Below, in pieces: positions 26,656 through 31,798 of a stretch of DNA of 31,798 bases (the first letter of the stretch is position 1; each line of letters starts with the position of its first letter). The stretch covers positions 1 through 31,798 of the forward strand of contig JAYVCD010000384.1 of assembly GCA_043750125.1 (NCBI GenBank), given 5' to 3'. The position numbers were made by a program, and so were the translations under genes. The notes beneath the pieces are model-generated. The model did no database searches and was not told the DNA's origin. It saw only the letters and a list, made by a program, of their open reading frames with translations. Origin of the DNA: Archangiaceae bacterium. GTDB lineage: Bacteria; Myxococcota; Myxococcia; Myxococcales; Myxococcaceae.

Positions 26656-27674
26656 CGCCCGGACATGACCTGATCGTTGTGGGAGCATCCGCCGGCGGAG
26701 TCGAAGCACTTCAGGTTATTTCTCGCGCACTTCCCAAAGACCTGGCCGCCGCGATCCTGGTCGTGATGCACTCGAGCCCACAGGGCCCCAACCTGCTCCC
26801 TCACATTCTGGGCAAGGCGGGTCCAGTCGAGGTCGCAAAAACCGAAGACGGGGCCCCGATTGAGCCTGGGAAAATCTACATCGCTCCCCCAGATCACCAT
26901 CTGCTGGTGAACGGAACCCGCATCCGGTTGTCCAAAGGCCCGAAAGAGAATCGCTCCCGGCCTGCGATTGACCCGCTTTTTCGCACGGCAGCGTCGGCGT
27001 ACGGCCCTCGCGTGGTGGGCGTCATCCTGACCGGAATGCTGGATGACGGAACTGCCGGGCTGTCTGCTGTGAAAGAGCGTGGGGGAATCACCGTCGTTCA
27101 AGATCCCAAGGACGCCCTCTACCCTTCGATGCCCACGAGCGCCTTGCGATACGTCGGGGCGGATTACACCCTTCCCCTCTCCGAAATCGCGCCTCTCCTC
27201 GTGCGCCTCGTAACAAAGCCGACACAGGCCCCGAAGAATTTCCCTGTCTCGCGTCTCAACGAGATCGAATCAAAATTCGTCCAAATGGAGACCATGAAGA
27301 TGCAGGACATGGACGCCATCGGCGCTCACGCGGGCATCTCCTGCCCCGAGTGTCACGGCCCAATGTGGAAGATCAAAGACGGGAAACTGCACCGATACCG
27401 ATGCCACGTCGGTCACGCCTACACCGCCCAAACCATGCTCGAGGGCCAAATCGATGCTCAGGAAACCCACCTTTGGCAGGCCCTTCGATTGATGAAGGAA
27501 AGAGTTTCTTTGATTTGGGAAATGCGATGCCACGCACAGAATGACCATCGCGAGATCGATACCGAATCGTCCGATCTGAAAATAGCGCAGCTGCAGAAGA
27601 CCATCGCACTGATCCAGGAGATGCTTCAGGAGGAGGAGCCCCCCGTCGGTGGGAAGCCAGGAATCGAGCAATGA
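26652..27674 (+). CDS. Stand-alone CheB-type methylesterase with C-terminal CPEC...CHVGH domain
   Basis: GASAGG, VMH, RPAIDPLF, LTGMLDDG; C-terminal CPECHG...YRCHVGH; TTGA overlap with the kinase stop; no REC domain. Confidence 0.9.
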   Translation: MTPGHDLIVVGASAGGVEALQVISRALPKDLAAAILVVMHSSPQGPNLLPHILGKAGPVEVAKTEDGAPIEPGKIYIAPPDHHLLVNGTRIRLSKGPKENRSRPAIDPLFRTAASAYGPRVVGVILTGMLDDGTAGLSAVKERGGITVVQDPKDALYPSMPTSALRYVGADYTLPLSEIAPLLVRLVTKPTQAPKNFPVSRLNEIESKFVQMETMKMQDMDAIGAHAGISCPECHGPMWKIKDGKLHRYRCHVGHAYTAQTMLEGQIDAQETHLWQALRLMKERVSLIWEMRCHAQNDHREIDTESSDLKIAQLQKTIALIQEMLQEEEPPVGGKPGIEQ

Positions 27675-27701
27675 GTGGCTAGACAGGCAGTACCGTGCCC
27701 T

Positions 27702-28727
27702 TCAGAGAAACCGGACGATCTCTTCAGCCATCCGCTCAATCGGAACCTGCGCCGCCGACAGCCCAGCTTCCACCACCACCCGCGGCATTCCATAGACGAC
27801 GCAGGAGCTCTCGGCCTCGGTGATGATTGTGCCGCCCGCCTCGCGAATCGCTTTCGAGCCCAGCAACCCGTCGTCGCCCATTCCCGTGAGCACCACCCCC
27901 AGGGTACGCGAGCCGACCCGCTCGGCTGCGCTGCGGAACAGAACGTCGACCGCCGGGCGATGCAGCGATTCCATCGGCATCAAATCCAACTTGCACCGCA
28001 ACACGCCGTCGGTGCGCGTCAGCTTCAAGTGCCGGCCCGCGTGGGCGATGATCACCCTGCCGGCCTGCAATGCGACTCCGTCGGAAGCTTCGAGTACTTC
28101 GAGCTTGCAGTCGTCGTCGAGCCGCTTGGCCATCGCCGCGGTGTAGCCGGGAGGAATGTGCACGACGATCGCCACCGGCACCGGAAAACTTGCCGGCAGC
28201 GAACAGACCAGCCGGCTCAGCGCATTCGGACCACCCGTCGAGGCGCCAATCACCACCAGCTCGCGGGTCGTGCTCAAGCCAGAAAGCTTCGCTGGAACAA
28301 GCGGGCCTACGGGCGAGCTGTGGTGAGGCGCTCGCGCCGCGGCTCTCACCACCTCGACCAGCTTCTCGCCAATCTCATACAGCTGTGAAATCGCCAGCGC
28401 CGTGGGCTTTTGAACCACCTCGAAGGCTCCCTCTTGCAGCGCAGCCAAACCCAGCATGCTGTGCCCATCAGAGAAGCTGACCACCACCACCCGCGGAGAC
28501 CGTCGTCCCGCCAGCGCCTTCAAGACTCCCACTCCGTCCAGGTTCGGCATCACCAGGTCGAGCGTGATTACGTCGGGCGCCAGCTCGTCGATCTTCTCGA
28601 GCGCCTCGAGACCATCGCGGGCCAGGCCCACCACGTTGATGCCCGCCGCGCTCAAAGACTCGCGCACCACCTTTCTCGAAAAAGCCGAGTCGTCGACCAC
28701 CAGCACCTTGATTGGATCCGCACTCAT
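27702..28727 (-). CDS. cheB: Chemotaxis response regulator protein-glutamate methylesterase
   Basis: REC (VVDDS, TLDLVMP, KP) plus GASTGG, VHIP, RPAVDVLF, LTGMGDDG; TGATG overlap with cheR. Confidence 0.95.
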   Translation of the reverse strand: MSADPIKVLVVDDSAFSRKVVRESLSAAGINVVGLARDGLEALEKIDELAPDVITLDLVMPNLDGVGVLKALAGRRSPRVVVVSFSDGHSMLGLAALQEGAFEVVQKPTALAISQLYEIGEKLVEVVRAAARAPHHSSPVGPLVPAKLSGLSTTRELVVIGASTGGPNALSRLVCSLPASFPVPVAIVVHIPPGYTAAMAKRLDDDCKLEVLEASDGVALQAGRVIIAHAGRHLKLTRTDGVLRCKLDLMPMESLHRPAVDVLFRSAAERVGSRTLGVVLTGMGDDGLLGSKAIREAGGTIITEAESSCVVYGMPRVVVEAGLSAAQVPIERMAEEIVRFL

Positions 28728-29548
28728 CAATTCGATTTCCGATAAAAAAATGAACCCGAGCGCTCTTCGCAATTCAACCCGGTTCCAAAGGGCATCAACG
28801 ACTCGGACGCGCCGACCAACAACAAGCCTCGCGTCTTCAGCGCCGAGGTCAGCTGCCGCACGACGCGAGCGGCTACCGAATCACTGAAATAGATGAGCAC
28901 GTTGCGGCAGAGGATGGCGTCGAACTTCCCCAGCGCTTCGATCGGGGCTCGGTCGACCAGGTTGATTCTTCGCCAGTCGATTGCGCGGCGCAACACCTGG
29001 GGAACCCGGACTTCCCGGGCTCCCGTCGGCACCAACCAACGGGTGGCGACGGTCCCTTCGACCGCACGCAGCGCGCGGCCGCCGTAGATCCCGGCCTGCG
29101 CCCGGGCGAGCAAGCTGCGGCTCAAGTCGCTGGCGATCAGCTCGACATGACCCAGGAGCTTTCGTTCGCCCAGCAGCATCGCCAGCGTGTACGGCTCCTC
29201 GCCCGTTGACGCCGCGGCGCACCACACCCGCGGGCGGGCACCGGCCTCCACCCTCGGAAGAAGGCAGGTGTCCACCAACAGCTTCAGCTGCTCTGCCTCA
29301 CGAAAAAAATAAGTCTCATGAATGACCAGGCTCTCGAGCAGCCCAGCGAGCTCCTCGTCGCCCTGGGGGTCGTACCGAATGAAGTAGTAGTAGTCGAGCA
29401 GCAAGTCGAACCCCAGCGCCCGAGCCCGCGGGGAAACCTTGCTCGCCATCAGGCCCAGATCCTTCAGCCCATAGTGCAGCCCGCCGCGCTCTTCGATCAG
29501 ACTGCTGAGAATCGAAAATACCTGAGGAATCAGCTGGAGTTCACCCAC
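28727..29548 (-). CDS. cheR: Chemotaxis protein-glutamate methyltransferase
   Basis: IHETYFFRE, WCAAASTGEEPYT, ASDLS, CRNVLIYF, VGASESL. Confidence 0.95.
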   Translation of the reverse strand: MGELQLIPQVFSILSSLIEERGGLHYGLKDLGLMASKVSPRARALGFDLLLDYYYFIRYDPQGDEELAGLLESLVIHETYFFREAEQLKLLVDTCLLPRVEAGARPRVWCAAASTGEEPYTLAMLLGERKLLGHVELIASDLSRSLLARAQAGIYGGRALRAVEGTVATRWLVPTGAREVRVPQVLRRAIDWRRINLVDRAPIEALGKFDAILCRNVLIYFSDSVAARVVRQLTSALKTRGLLLVGASESLMPFGTGLNCEERSGSFFYRKSN

Positions 29549-29551
29549 GAT

Positions 29552-31798
29552 TCAACTTTCCAGGGTGGCCGCAGCACGCCGGCGCACTTCGAAGTCCGGA
29601 TCCCGTGCGGCCACATTGACCAGCGCCGCGCGAGCCCTGGGCGATCTGACCGACCCCAACACTGACACCACGGCCCGGCGAGCCGCGACATTGTTCGAGC
29701 CCAGCGCCTTCAGCAACCCCTCGACGGCGTCCGCTTGCTGAATCCGCGCCAGGGTCAAGGCCACCGGCCCGGCTAGCACCTCATTCGCGTGCTCGAGCGC
29801 TTCAATCAGCGTCGGCACCCGACCTTCCAACGGGTGGGCCAGTGCCAACAGCGCCGGGCCCCGCGAAGGGCCGGTGATCAGACTCAGCAGCGCCTTTGTG
29901 GCTGCCACGCCCGAAGCCGCGCCCAGGACTCCGATCGCCGCCGTGCGGACCCCTTCGTCGGCATCGCTCGCCGCCTGCACCAGCGCCGCAAACGCTTCGG
30001 GCTGCTTGAACCCCGCCAGCGCCGACAGAGCGATCAGTCGAGTCGCCGGTTCGAGCGCCTGGGTTGCCTCGAGCAAGGCTGGAAGCACATCCGGCTCGCA
30101 CCGCAGACCCAGCCCCACCAGCGCAGCGCGGCGCATGTCGGGATCGGTCGCCGTCGACGCCGCCCGTAACACCTGTTTGGCGACCTCACCCGGCATGTGC
30201 GAGAGCGCCTCTACCGCAGCGATCCGCACCTGACCCGCTTCGTGTTGCAGGCACGCCACCAGCACGTCTATCGACCCTACGTCCTTGCGCAACCCCAGCG
30301 ACCGGCAGGCGTGGTACCGGATCCAGGGGTCCAGATCTCTCACCGAGGCTCGCAACACCTGTTCGACCCTCGCGTCCGACGCAGCCTGGCCCAACGCGCG
30401 CACCGCCGCGATGCGGATGCGCTTCGACGGGTGATCGGCCGCGGCCAGCAGCGCGTCCAAAGCCATCGGGTCATCGAGCAGCGCAAGTCCCGGCAAGGCG
30501 ATGTCGCTCAGCCGCTCGTCGTCGTCATCGATCGCCGCCAGCAGGACGGCCAGCCCACTCGGGTAGCCGAGAGTCGCCACGATCCGAAGTCCCCCTCTGC
30601 GCTCTTGGGGCTTGCGCGAGACGGCCGCGGCCAGCGCCAGCCGTTCGGTTTCATGGCCCCCCAGAGAAAGGATCGCGTTGACCGCCGACTGGGTCACCTG
30701 CCCGCTGTCATCGCCCAACAGGCCGAACAACGCACGCACGGCGGTCGGATCTCCGAGCCGGGCCAGAGCGCTGCAGGCTGCCGCCCGGACCGCACTGGAG
30801 GGATCACTCAGGCACAGCACGACTTCCAGACGCGCCGCCGATCGGCCCACCAGGGGCAACAACAACGCGCGGCGGGCGCTGTCACCGCTGCGAAGGGACG
30901 ACAACACCTCGGGGTCAATCAGCTCACCCAGTCGGGTCAACGCCTGCCGTGCCGCCTGGCCTGACTCGCCCTCGATTTCCAGGAATCTCAGCAGCGCCGC
31001 CACCGCTTCACGGGTCGCGAACCAACCCAGCACGTGAATCATCGCCACCTGCTCGGCGGGCGAGCTGCCAATGCACGCTTCGATCAGCCGGCGCACCGAA
31101 CCGTCCGCCTGCTCGGGCAGCCAGTGGGTCGCCGATTGTGGGGCGACATTGGGCGCGTCCTCGTTGCGCTGTTTGTGAATTTCCCAGAGCGCAGTTGCGG
31201 CGGTGCGCACCAGCAGATCGCCTGGGTTGACCAGCAGTGCGGCCAGTGCCGGAATCGCCCACACATCGCCGATTTGCCCCAGGGCCCGGGTGGCCGCGAG
31301 GGTGTAGAGCGCTTTTCCGGTCAGCCCCACCAGCGAGGCGGTCGCCCGCACGTCGCGCAGCAACCCCACCGCATCGATCGCCGGAAAGACGCGGAAGAAG
31401 TTTCCGGTCTCGAGCACGTGAATCAGCCGCTCGACCGAGACCGGGCCTCCAATCCTTCCCAGCGCCTCGATCGCACCGACCGACACGTTGTCATCACCAT
31501 GCTCCACCAGCGCCGCCAGCGCAGTCAGCGCCGCTGAGCTCTGCCTGCGCCCGAGAATCTGCGTTGCATCGCAGATCACCGCCGGGTTCTTCGAGCCGAT
31601 CAGCACCAACAAGGCCGCGTCGGGGTTCCCGCGCGAGGCCACCAGCGCATCGACCAACGCGGCGAGCCGGGCCTCGTGGTCTCGGCGGCTGACCAGGACC
31701 TCGCACATTGCGGGGATCGCAGCGTCACCCAGCTGCGCCAGCGCGAAGACGACTTCGCGCCGCACCGCCCAGCTGGGATCATCGAGGCGGCCAATCAG
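29552..31798 (-). CDS. HEAT-repeat protein of a chemosensory cluster (5' end outside window)
   Basis: Many D-xx-VR-xx-A-xx-LG repeats; frame open to the window edge (LIGRLDDPSWAVRREVV...); ends 3 nt before cheR. Confidence 0.9.
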   Translation of the reverse strand: MIGRLDDPSWAVRREVVFALAQLGDAAIPAMCEVLVSRRDHEARLAALVDALVASRGNPDAALLVLIGSKNPAVICDATQILGRRQSSAALTALAALVEHGDDNVSVGAIEALGRIGGPVSVERLIHVLETGNFFRVFPAIDAVGLLRDVRATASLVGLTGKALYTLAATRALGQIGDVWAIPALAALLVNPGDLLVRTAATALWEIHKQRNEDAPNVAPQSATHWLPEQADGSVRRLIEACIGSSPAEQVAMIHVLGWFATREAVAALLRFLEIEGESGQAARQALTRLGELIDPEVLSSLRSGDSARRALLLPLVGRSAARLEVVLCLSDPSSAVRAAACSALARLGDPTAVRALFGLLGDDSGQVTQSAVNAILSLGGHETERLALAAAVSRKPQERRGGLRIVATLGYPSGLAVLLAAIDDDDERLSDIALPGLALLDDPMALDALLAAADHPSKRIRIAAVRALGQAASDARVEQVLRASVRDLDPWIRYHACRSLGLRKDVGSIDVLVACLQHEAGQVRIAAVEALSHMPGEVAKQVLRAASTATDPDMRRAALVGLGLRCEPDVLPALLEATQALEPATRLIALSALAGFKQPEAFAALVQAASDADEGVRTAAIGVLGAASGVAATKALLSLITGPSRGPALLALAHPLEGRVPTLIEALEHANEVLAGPVALTLARIQQADAVEGLLKALGSNNVAARRAVVSVLGSVRSPRARAALVNVAARDPDFEVRRRAAATLES

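Noticed and set aside
1-31798. Mobile elements, tRNA or rRNA genes
   Set aside because: No transposase, integrase, terminal inverted repeats or RNA gene signatures recognised.

Overview
High-GC bacterial DNA with a myxobacterial (Myxococcota-like) character: DAG-repeat and Gly/Thr-linker lipoproteins, a Cys-rich repeat lipoprotein, a HEAT-repeat/CheR/CheB cluster and several sigma54-like promoter boxes. From left to right the window holds a partial hemerythrin gene, a truncated GlsB/YeaQ-like remnant, an exonuclease III with a C-terminal QLDLF clamp-binding motif, a DAG-repeat alpha/beta-hydrolase lipoprotein, a ferredoxin fused to an acyl-ACP-desaturase-like diiron domain, and a universal stress protein. 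Next is a tightly coupled six-gene envelope operon (4895-12875): DUF4956, a YgaP/DUF2892-like membrane protein, an orphan Pycsar-effector-like (DUF5706) protein, a large outer-membrane protein (degenerate metallophosphoesterase + kinase-like + BamA/TamA-type barrel, split by a frameshift near 9944), a PAP2 phosphatase and an SdiA-regulated beta-propeller. After it come a Cys-rich lipoprotein, an MlaE/MlaF/MCE/PqiC-like ABC operon whose ATPase has a G-to-V Walker A change, two tandem DUF3494 ice-binding lipoproteins, a CheB-CheR-PAS-GAF hybrid kinase with a stand-alone CheB, and a convergent HEAT-repeat/cheR/cheB cluster. The six-gene operon is the best candidate for an undescribed system. All family assignments come from motif recognition by eye, not database searches.
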